Positions 27,826-39,216 of a DNA stretch of 64,000 nt are shown piece by piece (position 1 is the stretch's first letter; the number at the start of each line of letters is the position of its first letter). The notes under the pieces were generated by a model. That model ran no database searches. It worked only from the letters and a program-made list of their open reading frames with translations, and had not been told where the DNA came from. Source of the DNA: Octopus bimaculoides (taxonomy: Eukaryota). The translations under genes and the position numbers were made by a program. The stretch lies in assembly GCF_001194135.2 (NCBI RefSeq), contig NC_068983.1, positions 101,296,465-101,360,464 on the forward strand. Reading direction: 5' to 3'.

Positions 27826-30502
27826 ATACATATATAGTCTTGTGTATTATATAATACCATACTTAATACTGCATAGAATGGGATTCTCTTGTCAGGCCTC
27901 TGGTATGAAATGTTAGCTAATTAGGTTAAGTCTCTTGATTTAGACTGTCAAAGTTGCAATATTGCTTTGGTGTAGTGGTTAGCACAGCTATACAGTTTAC
28001 AGCAGATACAGAGTTCAAATCTTGCTGGTAATGTTACAACTTCTTTCTGTCTTCTATATTATGCATATGTTTGTATGTACATATATATGTGTGTGTGTGT
28101 CTCTGTCTGTCTGTTTATATATTTATTATTTATTGTAACAGTCTACCAACTTAGAAAAAGGAAGGTTTCTCTTGCAATCAATAACTGCAATATCACTGTT
28201 AAATAGATCTACTGTTCTATTAATTTTCATTTCACTTCTATGCCTATTTTATATGTGTTAAGAATTAAGATAATGCACAGTTTAATTACTCTTACTTGCA
28301 ATTTTAAATTACTATAATCTATTTTGCTTTTAGTTTTCATCACACTTCTAGAAAGGTATTAATTCCATGGTGTTGTTTTTGTTTAGCCCTAGGCCAGATT
28401 TTATGAATCAGATCTATAACCATACATACCATCTGTTTTTCAGAATTACTGCATCTAATTGCTAGATTATTCAATGTCATTTAAGAGAAGCTGCTCTTTT
28501 GAGCAGATCATTCCATCATGTAGAGGCTTCCTTTTGCTTCGATATTGTCTGTGATAATTACCTTCACTTTTACCAATTTCACAAGTACATATTTTCAGCC
28601 ATTATTTTATTATTTGTATTCATTAATTGTTTTTGTTTTCTTTTAATGGGGTGGGGTAAGATATAGACTTCATTAAAAAATTATCATAATCTGTCTTTAT
28701 AAAGGATGTGTTCAACCAATCTTATTTTAAATTGCTTAATTTGATTTATTGATTTAAAATATTCTGAAATATATTCTTTATAATTAAGAATCTTCAATTA
28801 TCCTAATTTTGACTTATATATTGATAAGACTACACAGATATTTAAAAAAAAGAATCAATAATATTGTCTTGCTATATGCAGTTGGAGAAAATTAGTCTTT
28901 TAAAATCCTTATAGCTCTTTGTTTATTTATTTATTTTTACATATTGATTTTTGTTGGCAATCTAATTACTGTTATGCGTTATCTGTTATAATCTATGAAC
29001 TCAAAGACTTTCCCGTATTCAAACAGAATTGCCAAGACAGACGAGATAATATTATTATGAAAAGTGAACCATGAATAATATTGCTGCGTGACTTTGTTTA
29101 TATTACTTGCTTGGTGTCAGAATTTGAAATTTCTCTGTAATTTTAGTATTCACTCTATCTCCCTTATGTGAGTCACATCTACCACTCTTGCCATTATCTA
29201 TCTTTACTCTTCCCCACCATCACACTACACTTGCTGTTTCTTACTCAATCCCATTATCAACTTGCAGCTATCTCTTATTATCCTCAACCCAGTGTTGTCT
29301 TAAGGCATGGGCAGATTGGGCAGTTGCCCATGGTGGCTCATGAGTCTAGGGACACAATTCTGGTTTATGTATGCTATGGTTTACTGTCAGTAAATAAATA
29401 CTTTAGGGGCCAGTTTACTGATTTGCCCAGGGGTCTATAATGCTTCTAAGCCAGCCCTGCTAACACCCCATTATCATTTCTCCATCACCTCCATACTCAT
29501 ACTATCCTTTCATTCTCTTGGTTATCACTCATTCAGGGTAGGAGGGAACCAGGTACAATAGTTAGTATAGGCTTTGTATGGGTGGACCAAAATAGGTGAT
29601 GGAAGGAGAAAGAAGAGAGGTGAGTGAATTGCAGGTGTCTGAGTGAAGGTAACATATGACTATAGCCAGCTCTAAAGTGCAGTAGCCATTGTATTTCTTT
29701 GCTTCAAGAAAGCAGAAAGAAGATATAGCACATTATGGACCAGGAGTTGAAGTGTGAGTGAGCAATTTCATATCAATCAAATGGCTTTTCTTTGGATATT
29801 ATTTTAGAGCATGGTTTCCTAACCAGGGGTTCTTGCACTCCTTGGGGATGTGAGCAGAGCTGGATTTATAGGGGATCAAAGAGGGCAATTGCCCCGGACA
29901 CCTTTATTTTTATATAAATTATTATGTTAAGGGGTGCAAGAGCATGTTAAAGTTTTTAGGGATGCAGAGCATAAAAAAAGGTTGGGAACCACTGTTCTAG
30001 AGTGTCTATATGTAAAACTGTAGCACCATCCCACCTAACCTAAGCTATGTAGAAGGTTAGTAGATTTGGAGGGGTTGCACTATTTCCTGACTCTGAAGAG
30101 GAAGTCAGTGTTTGTGATACAATGTTTGCTATGTTGGAGATGTGCATTTGCTTGGAGGCCTAACATTTGAAGTGATTATGGGATGGGGTTCCTAATTGCA
30201 TGTTTTTCTTGTTTAGGGGTAAAATGGGCTAAGATGCACTAATATTTTTATGATACAGGCTGTAACTCTGTTTTTAGATGCAGAAGATTAAAGAGGAGTG
30301 AAAGTTGGTTTCATCTGAATAGGATTGGTGTTGTTGGAGCTTAACAACAAGGAGGTCATTGATGTATAAGAGGAAGAACATAGTTTAGAGAGGGACAAAA
30401 TTAAATTAGCATATTATTTTATAATTAAGATCTAAACTGTTAATATATGAATGTGAAAGAGATAGTTGAATAACCATAAACCTACTTTTGGGCCACTCTG
30501 TA

Positions 30503-30553
<51 letters not shown>

Positions 30554-31719
30554 TTGACTGAGTCAGTGTCTCTAATTCTCTGAGTATATAGGTTTTCTGT
30601 CATAGAGTGTGCTGGTGGAGAGAAAATAAATGTTATAAACTGTTATAAACACTAGACATATATATATATATATGTGTGTGTGTGTGTATACGTGTGTGTA
30701 ATCCCTGGTTTGAAAAAACAGAAAATAGTCTCTCATTTTTCTGATATTTCTATTTGGATAAAACATTGCTATAACTTTCAAAAGTTTTGTATATCGCATA
30801 ATAGATTTGGGTATTACATAAATTGGGACTTAAGATTTGTTTAGTAGATATGAAGATATATATATATGAGTAATTAGTACAATGGTTCCGCTTAGCTGTA
30901 AAGTTGGAATATCTTTAAATTGCTGTAAATGGAAAATAGGAAAAGGTATCAATAATTTGTTTAGAATCATAAGTAAGGTAGATTTTTTTTTCTTTGTTTA
31001 GCAATTATGCCAGGCAAAATAGTACACCTTCATATTTATGTTATTTAGGTCACTTGGATAAAATGATCCAGTTCAAATCTTCATCTTTTCCATCTCCTGA
31101 ATTTATTACAAAAATGTTTGAAAAATGTAAATTATATTCTTCTTTAAATGAATCTCTTGACGAATAGCCAATAATGATTCCATGATAGTTATTGTCAATT
31201 ATGTATTGGAAAGATACAAGTAGTAAGGATAATATGATTTCTCAATAAAAATATGAGCATTCAGCTGTAAGAATGCACTATCATAGAGAAAAATTAATAT
31301 AAATATGCTTCCACTTCTGTTTCAACCTTAGTTAACCTCTAACTATTGATTTTTTTTTTTGTGGTGGGGAGGGTCATCATTAAAAGTTTGACTACACTGC
31401 CTCTGTTAGAAATATGCGAAGAAAAAAATTATTTTCAAATTTAAATTATATGAATTATTGGTTGTAATAACTATGAATTCAGTAAACTACCACTTCTAAC
31501 TTCTGCCAAACTATAAATAATGATATGGTATTATTATTATTGTTTTTCTTTCTTTCTTTTTTCAGCAGAGCAATAAAATTGACCCAAATGGGCACCATTT
31601 TTCACATTCTTCATTTAAAACTTATTCTAAAATTGGTAATAATGCTCCAAAGACATATGAAGCATCGCAATCTGTTACCACAGCACCAGGAGGTGTAAGT
31701 ATATTTTTACACTCACGTG

Positions 31720-31750
<31 letters not shown>

Positions 31751-34700
31751 ACTTCCTGACTTTACCCCTAATCTCGTACCTGTTTCTATATTATTATATT
31801 TTTTCTCATATACTATTCTCATGTATTTTTTCATGTAATACTTTCATGCACATTTCCACTCAACACTAGCTAACCACCTTTACCCCCACACTGCTTACGC
31901 ACCTCTCTCTATGCCCATCTTACACATGTACCTTCCTATACATGTACACAGTATCCCACCTCTTCCTAACTTCTCTTCATAGGGCAACATTTTTTCCTCT
32001 TCTCTCCTTTCCTCCTCTGATGAAGGACTAACATCTGAAAGACCCTTTCCTTTATTTCTTGTTTTTACTCATTATCATATATACACACATGCACACCTTC
32101 TCCCCATATATATATATGTAGTGTTTTAATGTTAAATAGTAACATGAAAGATAGATCAATGGAGTAGATCTGCAATGGTTGGCAAGGAAATAGCTGAGTA
32201 TTGTCAAGTAAATATGATCATTAATTTACAAGGAAAATTGAATTCATATGTGTTGACAAAATAATTGAGTATATAAGGAAATTGTTTGACATCTGCAGAA
32301 GAGATGGCATATATTAGCTTGGTTATGTAATAGAAATTGATAAAACCTTCTGAGTGGAAAGCTGCAAACTTATCATCACATGAGGTTATACAGTAAAAAT
32401 ATATCAAGGAAGATTTACAAGTAAATGATTAGGTTTATTTAGACTATTAGGCTTCACAAATGAAATAATTTTTTAAAATTTGAGAAACATGACAAACTGC
32501 TCAGCTGCAAATCCATCCAACCCTGCATAAAACAAAACTGAATAATTAAACAATATTGATGATGAAGTATCCTACTGGTAGAGTTGATAATGGATCAGCT
32601 TCTTTGGTGAATTGTTTTACATTCCACTCTATGTGCTTAGGCAAACAATGAACTCTGTTAGTTTTACATAACTGTGAATTAGAACCACTGAAGCTCATTG
32701 TTATAGTGTTGATTATACCTTTTAATTAACAAATAGTTGATTAGTTTATAGTATGATATTTAAATCATTCTATAGCTATCCTTGGTTTGCTAAAGTATAA
32801 ATGTTAGGACTTCAGTTAAAGGGACCTTCAGGGATTGAGGTGGCTCATTCACACATAAACCTTGTGGTGATTTTTTTTGTGCCTACTTGCACATTAAAAT
32901 CATACAGAGACAGCAGTTAGTTTCATGTTTGATCTTGTTAACCATCATAACATTGTGTGCAAATGCATATACAAATGTCAAACACTTGTAATTTTAAGGC
33001 TGGTTCTGTGGTTGTGAAGTTACTAGAAATTAATAACTTATATTTTCCGGATCTTTCTGAATTGACGAGCACCACTTGTTTTCTTAACAAAACACTTTCA
33101 AACTTGGGATACTGGTAGAACGTGTCATATAAAACATCTTTTTCTCTTAGCCTTCTTAACAAAAATTTCTACATCGCAAGTTATTTCATGTTAAAGTTGT
33201 CGTATTTCTGTAATTTCAACCAATCACTGACGTCTATTCAGCTGAATACAGTTACTGCTGTTTTTGTAAACAATAATTTTTGCCGGTGTCATAATCGTTA
33301 TTCCCTAGTAAGGGTTTAGGGTTAGGGTTCGGCTTTTAGAGTTAGGGTTCAGGTTTTAGCGTTAGGTTATGGCAAAAATAATCATAACCCTAACACTAAC
33401 CCTAACTCTAAAACCCAAACCCTAACCCTAAAACCCTAAAGCTTAAACCAGTACAAATGCATGAACGATGTTATAAATAACAGTACCACCGATAGTTGTT
33501 GACAAACAACAGCACTAATTTTATTCAAGGGAAAAGATCCCATTACACCGCTAGAATATGTTGTTTATATTTCATAGCAGTAATTGTTTTCACCTCAATA
33601 GACATCAGTGGTTGGTTGAAATTACTGAAATACGACAATTTTTTACATGAAATAACTTTGAATACAAAAATTTTTATCTGTTCTATAACACAAAATATAC
33701 AAGTATACGAAGTTTGAAAGTGTTTCGGTACCAAAAACACTACATGAAACATAAATGAAAAGTGGTGCTCGTCAATTCAGAAAGATCCTATTTTCCTTCC
33801 TTCAGTTCATTTCTCAATGTTCTAGTCATTAAAGTTAAAAGAAAAAGAAACAGTAAATAACTCTAAATAATTGAAAGTAAATATATAGAATTTATTGTAG
33901 TAGAAGATACCAGGAAATGTTACTACACTTTGTTAGTAACTTTTGCAATAGTAGGTTCTAATATATATCATAAATTAGATCATCAGTAGCTCATATATCT
34001 GAAAAAGAAGCACATTCTAAAACAGAGCAGTAATATATTTTTTAAGAAGCTGATTGTTATGGCTGGTCAGAGAGTGACTGTTGGTTTTGCAACTATAAAG
34101 CGCTTAGCCATATAGGCCATAACAATCAACTTCCTAAAAAATATATTATAAATTATATACAGTACATGAAGTGTTTTACTGTTATTGCTCATTAGCATAT
34201 ATGGAAAAGTAGAAACCTGTATTTCTTAATTAGGTTATACCTACAACTGAAGATAGTTAAAAAAATGTTTAAAGAGCCTCTCAGTGTAATCCAATTATTA
34301 TCTAGAGTCATTTGGTCTAGCAAACCATTACTTTTGTAACTACCTTTTGTGCATATGTAGCTACAATTGCACATTGTGTTTTGTTAAGTGGTGTTCAAGT
34401 GACTGGAATAATCCCAAACTCTAATTAAATCTGGCAACCTTTAGCAGCCTTTAATTAATGTATTGGAAGAACTTGCGTGCAAGAATTTACTCCTTCTCCC
34501 GGTACTGACGGCTTACGTCATATTATTTTTAGAAGAGCTGCATATTTAAAGAAAGCTGTCTGAAAAGATGTGGTTGAGATATTAGAAAATGAAACAACCT
34601 AAGTACAATAATATGTGGCTAATCTGATTTAATTTTAGTTGAAAAGATTATTTTTTAATATCTAAATAAGTAATTTACATTGTTAATGCTTAACTGCCTC

Positions 34701-35261
34701 CAAAAGTTTTTTTTTTTTTCATATAAAAAGTGAACCTACATGATCCTAAGATTGAGTCTCTATCCAGTTGCTCAACTTGTTAGAAACAATAGCCAAATCT
34801 ACCTCAAATCACATCCATCTTTCTTGAAAATAGAAGGAAATGTGTGTGTATCTAGTATACATTATACCTTAAAAAGAAGACAGGTTGATCACAGCTTCAT
34901 TACTTATGATTCATAGGTCTACTGAAGCAGGCCTAAGCAAAGGCTAAGCAACAACATTGTCTTTATAAAATGTTATACTATTAAATAATTGACATCTATA
35001 AATAATAGAAATCTGTAAAATTTAACTGGACTTATGGATGCTTTTGTCTATTGCTATTTTAGCTGAAACAAACATATAAATTTGTTCGGGATTCTGAAAG
35101 GGGTTATGATAAAATGGCTGTTGGACGACATATCAAGGACAGAGCATTCATAGAAGAAAGAAGCAGAAATACAACAGGCTTAATGGAAAGAAACAACCAT
35201 TATGTTAATATGGATGAAGGTAAGTAGTTTTGAGGAATGTTGCAAAAAACTATTTCTTATT

Positions 35262-35296
<35 letters not shown>

Positions 35297-37568
35297 ATGT
35301 CCGCAACTCTTGTTCAACCTATATGAATAACAGTTGCATACCATATAAACAACTCCATTGTTTTTGAGAATTTTAATAATTATGTTCTGGAAAAGTTTTT
35401 AAGGTTGCTCATTAAATTTTTTTAAATAAAATATCTGCTATCATGTCGATAATTTTACATTGTTTATTTTTCTTTCATGCTAGATAAATTTGTTGTACTA
35501 CTTGTAAAACAGCATCTATTTTTTGACTTTTTTTTTTTAATATAAAAATTATATTTATGAAATATTGTTATATTTTGGGATGGACATTTTTTTCTTTTTG
35601 CCAAATAAACACACTATATACTTGTTCTTCACTTCATCTTTATTATTGTTCTTATTTTAGTGTCCTTTGTCAGAAATCTTTCATCACGCATCCTATGACC
35701 TCATCAGCTACTCTCCATCCCACGTGTCTCCTCTTGTCCTGTTTAGTCCAGACTAAACAGGACTGGAGAAGACGTGGGATAGAGAAAGAAAAGATTTCAG
35801 ACAAAGGACACTAAAATAAGAACAATAATAAAGCTAAAGTGAAGAACAAGTGTATCGTGCATGTTTTTACTTGATAAAACAAAAAGAATAAAAAATAAAT
35901 GACCATCCCCCAAATATAACAATATTTGTTTCAACATTCAACACACAATTTCACATCAAGAATCTTGCAAAACAAATATATGAATGTAATTTATGAAATA
36001 TCTTATATATTTAACTGAAATTGTGTTGACTGAAAAACCATCAATATAACTATCAGAAATATCCTTAATGCAATATATAATCAGTCCATCATTGTTTGTG
36101 TTTCCTTTTCCATGTTTGCATGGGATGGACAAGGTTTGTGGGTGTGAGACAGTAGTTTAGGCTGAATTCTCTTCCTGATGCAAACCTTTGTTTTTAGTCA
36201 AAGTACTTTGTCTCACTGGAATTCACCCATTGACACCAAGCTGTAGGACCTTTAAGTGAATTATATCCACACTGTCCCCAGTTAGACTAAGTGAAAATGA
36301 GAATTTGAACTCAGAATGTGAAAATGGATGAAATACCACTAAGCAAATATGCTGACTTACACTATGGAATTTCCACAGGTTCTGCTAGTTAATGATTAAT
36401 ACTGAATGCTAACCTTCAATCACTGAATCCAGCTTGGACTAATTTTGTGAACAATCTTGTGTACTTTTTTAGTAGGGTGTTGCGAGATAAATTATTCATG
36501 GTACTTTTAATTGATAGTTACTATTTAAAATTAGTGTTATTTCACAATTAATGTTTGAAACTAAACTTTTAGGGATGTTTCTATTACAATATCTATGGTC
36601 ACAAGAAATTACAACTTGTTGAATGTGAAGGTTAAATATTTGTCAGTAAAGGCTTTTCTGAAGAATTTTTATTCATCTGAAGTAAATATGTGAATGTATA
36701 TATTACACTCAGTAGACACCCTTAGTTTTATATAATAATGGTTTAGTTTCTTGATTTTATTATTCAATTAACATTGAAGTTGAGTTTTTAAGGCCAGTTC
36801 TCTTCAACACCCCTACCTTTATAACCCTTTAGCATTTATATTGGCTATATATACCTGTTTTATATTCAATGGTGAAATCCAGCCTCTCACACCTACCCTA
36901 CAATATCATTCTAAACATAATCATACCATTGAAATCTCAAAGCTACAAGATAATGCATGATTAATTCAAAATGATGTGAATAAATAAGCATTGCATATGA
37001 CAGATTTGAATAATCTGAATACTAAAGAGTTAAACTATGAATTGCCACAGAGTCTATTGACCTAAGCTATGAAATAAAGGGCTTCTTCTTCTTGGTCACA
37101 CTGCTTTTACAGATTGCCATGAATCTCTGTTACCATCCAATTCCATTATTATGAATTTGGACTGGGAGCTTGAGTCATAGTGAATCGTTATCTGATTACA
37201 CAACCATGGGTGCCACCCCTATGGCTGTGTTGCAGTTATTCTCTTGGTAGAGCTTGGTGATCCTGACTGTTGATCTTCTAGGATTCCTCCACTCAGTATC
37301 AATGTAAGCTCAGTTGAGCTCTTCTGCTACCTCTTCACAAAATGAAAGGGCTTCTCCCTAAACCTTATGTCCTTTGGCAACCATTTAAAAATTACTTTTT
37401 CATTATATATTCTTTCCTTTCATAGGTGACATGACAAACTTTTGTAAAGAATGGCAACAGCGTACACTGAAAACTGGTTTAGATAGACCATGGTACAAAC
37501 CAATAAATAGAAATCCTAGACGACAAATGATCACAGATGGCATACAGAGAAGAAGCTACAGAACATAG
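20879..37568 (+). CDS. MLF: Myeloid leukemia factor (MLF1/MLF2 family) gene, spliced; join(20879..21064,31566..31694,35063..35219,37426..37568), about 204 aa; N-terminus possibly incomplete
   Basis: Four exons with GT-AG boundaries and compatible phases (0,0,1). The translation includes DPNGHHFSHSSFKTYSKIGNNAPKTYEASQSVTTAPGG|LKQTYKFVRDSERGYDKMAVGRHIKDRAFI...VNMDE|GDMTNFCKEW, collinear with the MLF family core as I recall it from human MLF1 (DPNGHSF..SSVMTYSKIGDEPPKVFQAS...APGGIKET..AMRDSDSGLEKMAIGHHI.DRAH...INMNE.DA..FDEEW). Confidence 0.92.
21981..22238. mobile_element. hAT-type MITE with GACTCYGACTC subterminal repeats
   Basis: TIRs CAGGGCTGTGAAG / CTCCACAACCCTG; 8-bp flanking duplication GTTATACC / GATATACC (1 mismatch). 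Confidence 0.7.
22940..23598. mobile_element. Non-autonomous TIR element (MITE), Merlin-like
   Basis: TIRs GGATCTTGTTCAAAACGGGG..GCACCAGT at both ends; perfect 8-bp TSD GAGGTATG (22932-22939, 23599-23606). 5'-GG termini with an 8-bp TSD fit the Merlin superfamily. Confidence 0.8.
24267..24480 (-). mobile_element. SINE family C tail followed by (CA)n
   Basis: TTACTTGTTTCAGTCATT..GTGGCCATGCTGGGGCACCACC...GATGTAAACACACCAACAC. Confidence 0.75.
24515..24826 (+). mobile_element. LINE 3' end (L2/CR1 group)
   Basis: Encodes LGFRGPQLFGALPKYLRDLHGVSVDVFKKQLGLLLSKVPDEP, a typical RT C-terminal tail, followed by a SINE-C-like 3' end. Confidence 0.65.
24827..24940. repeat. (TA)n and (CAT)n microsatellites
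   Basis: Read directly. Confidence 0.95.
24960..25130 (-). mobile_element. SINE family B
   Basis: Matches 14738-14895 and 39866-40021. Confidence 0.75.
26825..27130 (+). mobile_element. Composite SINE (family B, family C tail)
   Basis: GCACCTTGGGCAAG...GTGAGTGGATTTGGTAGACGGAAACTGAAAGAAGCC...CATAACTTAGCAGTTTGACAAAAGAGAC. Confidence 0.75.
27435..27780 (+). mobile_element. tRNA-derived SINE, family D
   Basis: A box TGGCTCAATGGTTAG, B-box-like GAGTTTGATTCC, core GTTCTTGAGTAAGACACTTTATTTC; flanked by (CA)n and (TA)n. Confidence 0.7.
29810..29994. mobile_element. hAT (Charlie-type) MITE
   Basis: Right TIR GGTTGGGAACCACTG, degenerate left TIR; 8-bp TSD TTTTAGAG / TTCTAGAG matching the Charlie NTCTAGAN target preference. 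Confidence 0.7.
31566..31694 (+). CDS. MLF: MLF exon, 43 codons (QSNKIDPNGHHF...TAPGG)
   Basis: Long polypyrimidine tract plus TTCAG acceptor, GTAAGT donor at 31695, 129 nt, phase 0/0, strong MLF motif. Confidence 0.93.
33049..33788. mobile_element. Merlin-like MITE with internal inverted telomere-like repeats
   Basis: Perfect 29-bp TIRs GGATCTTTCTGAATTGACGAGCACCACTT; perfect 8-bp TSD TATTTTCC (33041-33048, 33789-33796); subterminal arms homologous to 22940-23598. Confidence 0.88.
35063..35219 (+). CDS. MLF: MLF exon (LKQTYKFVRDSERG...VNMDE)
   Basis: TTTTAG acceptor ending 35062, GTAAGT donor at 35220, 157 nt, phase 0/1, MLF core motif RDS..G..KMA.G.HI.DRA. Confidence 0.93.
35560..35927. 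repeat. Long imperfect palindrome (fold-back) in the MLF intron 35220-37425
   Basis: Arms of about 170-190 bp converge on GTCCTGTTTAGTC-CA-GACTAAACAGGAC (35736-35763). Confidence 0.9.
37426..37568 (+). CDS. MLF: MLF last coding exon (GDMTNFCKEWQQR...RSYRT*)
   Basis: TCTTTCCTTTCATAG acceptor; phase 1 completes GGT; F..EW motif; TAG stop at 37566-37568. Confidence 0.82.
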
Positions 37569-37746
37569 ATTTAAACAACGCATGGATCAAGAACAATGAT
37601 GGTAAATATATTATTTTCCAGAATTATAAATTGTGATGGATTTTTGGTTATTTATTTAGTTTTGGGGAAAGATGTATTTTGGAAGTCTCTTTATGAAGCA
37701 GAAATGTGGAGCGTTTTTATATATCTCTATTCTGCTAATGAAACAC

Positions 37747-37772
37747 GTACATACATACATGTGTACATACAT

Positions 37773-37805
<33 letters not shown>

Positions 37806-37830
37806 TACATACATACATACATATGTACAA

Positions 37831-37863
<33 letters not shown>

Positions 37864-37880
37864 AGTACATACACATATAC
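37747..37880. repeat. (TACA)n/(CA)n compound microsatellite just 3' of the MLF stop
   Basis: Read directly. Confidence 0.95.
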
Positions 37881-38809
37881 AAAAACATCTCAAAAGTCAA
37901 TAGACACCCTTCATTATTCCATTTTATCTGTGAAGACACTTTTTGGTGCTTCAAACTCGTCAACGTATTATGCACAAGGCATGTCTATTAAATAATAAAT
38001 TTAAGTATTTAAATGCATCAAATGGCATTATTTTGTTCTCTAGAAATAAATCTTTCAAAAATTATGGTGTCTATTCACTTTTGAGAGGTCCGTGTACATG
38101 CAGAGGTAGAAACATGCATATTTTCTGAAATCACATATTTATTCACTCAAACAAAACAAAGTGAATGCTCACTATAAAATATTTAAAAGGAATTATATGA
38201 ATTTCAGAGTTATGATATACAACTACTTGATCAAGATGAATCTGATTTGAAAAATTAAGATTATTCCATATAAAAGCAGATAACAAAGCAGATACCTGAT
38301 ACCTTTCTCTGTGTATGTGTGTGTGTGTGTGTGTGATATAGAAAATAAATGGTTGTTTAGAGCTGTATGATTTAAAAAGGAAGTTCCAGGATATTGTGAG
38401 CTATTGAGTTGAACTTTGTTTTAATAAAGACATGGATGTGAAGCATTATTAAATTATCAGTGTTATCAATTAAATTATCAAAATTCATTGAATTATATCT
38501 GATTTCTTTTTCATGTGACAAACATCATTATCAGCTACATTAAATTGGCTGCCAACCATTCCAAAAACCTTATTTTCTTTGCAATATATTTCAAAGTCAA
38601 ATAACAAAAATTTCAGTGTTGGAGTAAAAAATCAATAATTTCTGATTATCTAAGTTAATAGCTATTTCAGAATTGTAAACAACTAATTTTAGATATTGAA
38701 GTAAACAGAAGTCCAAACAATATTTTTTATCAGAAATATCAAAATTTGAATTATTCTATGAAAATGAGAACAATTTTTTTGTTGTAAAAAAAGGGAGGAG
38801 TTCAAAGTT

Positions 38810-38955
38810 ACATTCGGAGTTGAAATTCTGCCGAGGTCAACTTTGCCTTTCATCTTTTGGGGGTTAATAAAATAAGTATCAGCTGAGTGTTGGGGTTGAT
38901 GTAATCAACCTCCTCCCCCAATATTGCTGGCCGTGTGCCAAAATTTGAAACCAAT
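38810..38955 (+). mobile_element. 5'-truncated SINE family A
   Basis: GTTGAAATTCTGCCGAGGTCAACTTTGCCTTTCATC...GTGCCAAAATTTGAAACC. Confidence 0.75.
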
Positions 38956-39216
38956 ATAAAAGAAGGAGGGATTTCCAAGTATTCATAATAATGGTGAAAA
39001 CCATTTTCATTCCTTAGTCATGTTCATCATCACCATCAACATTGTTTTAACATTCATTTCTCGATGTTTGCATGGGTTGGATGAAATTTTGTTGAGATGG
39101 ATTTTCTATGGCTAGATACCCTTCCTGTTGTCAACCCTGACCTTTTTCCAAGTAAGACAAGGGAACAGTAAAATGCACACATATGTGTGTGTGTGTGTAT
39201 GTGTGTATATATATAT

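Noticed and set aside
32011-32050. Hammerhead-like CTGATGAAGGACTAACATCTGAAAG on the + strand
   Set aside because: Stem II is broken, and no paired stem III, cleavage triplet or stem I can be built after GAAA; at most a dead PLE relic.
33311-33440. Ancestral telomere-telomere chromosome fusion site
   Set aside because: The repeats are short and enclosed by TIRs and a perfect 8-bp TSD, so they arrived with a transposon.
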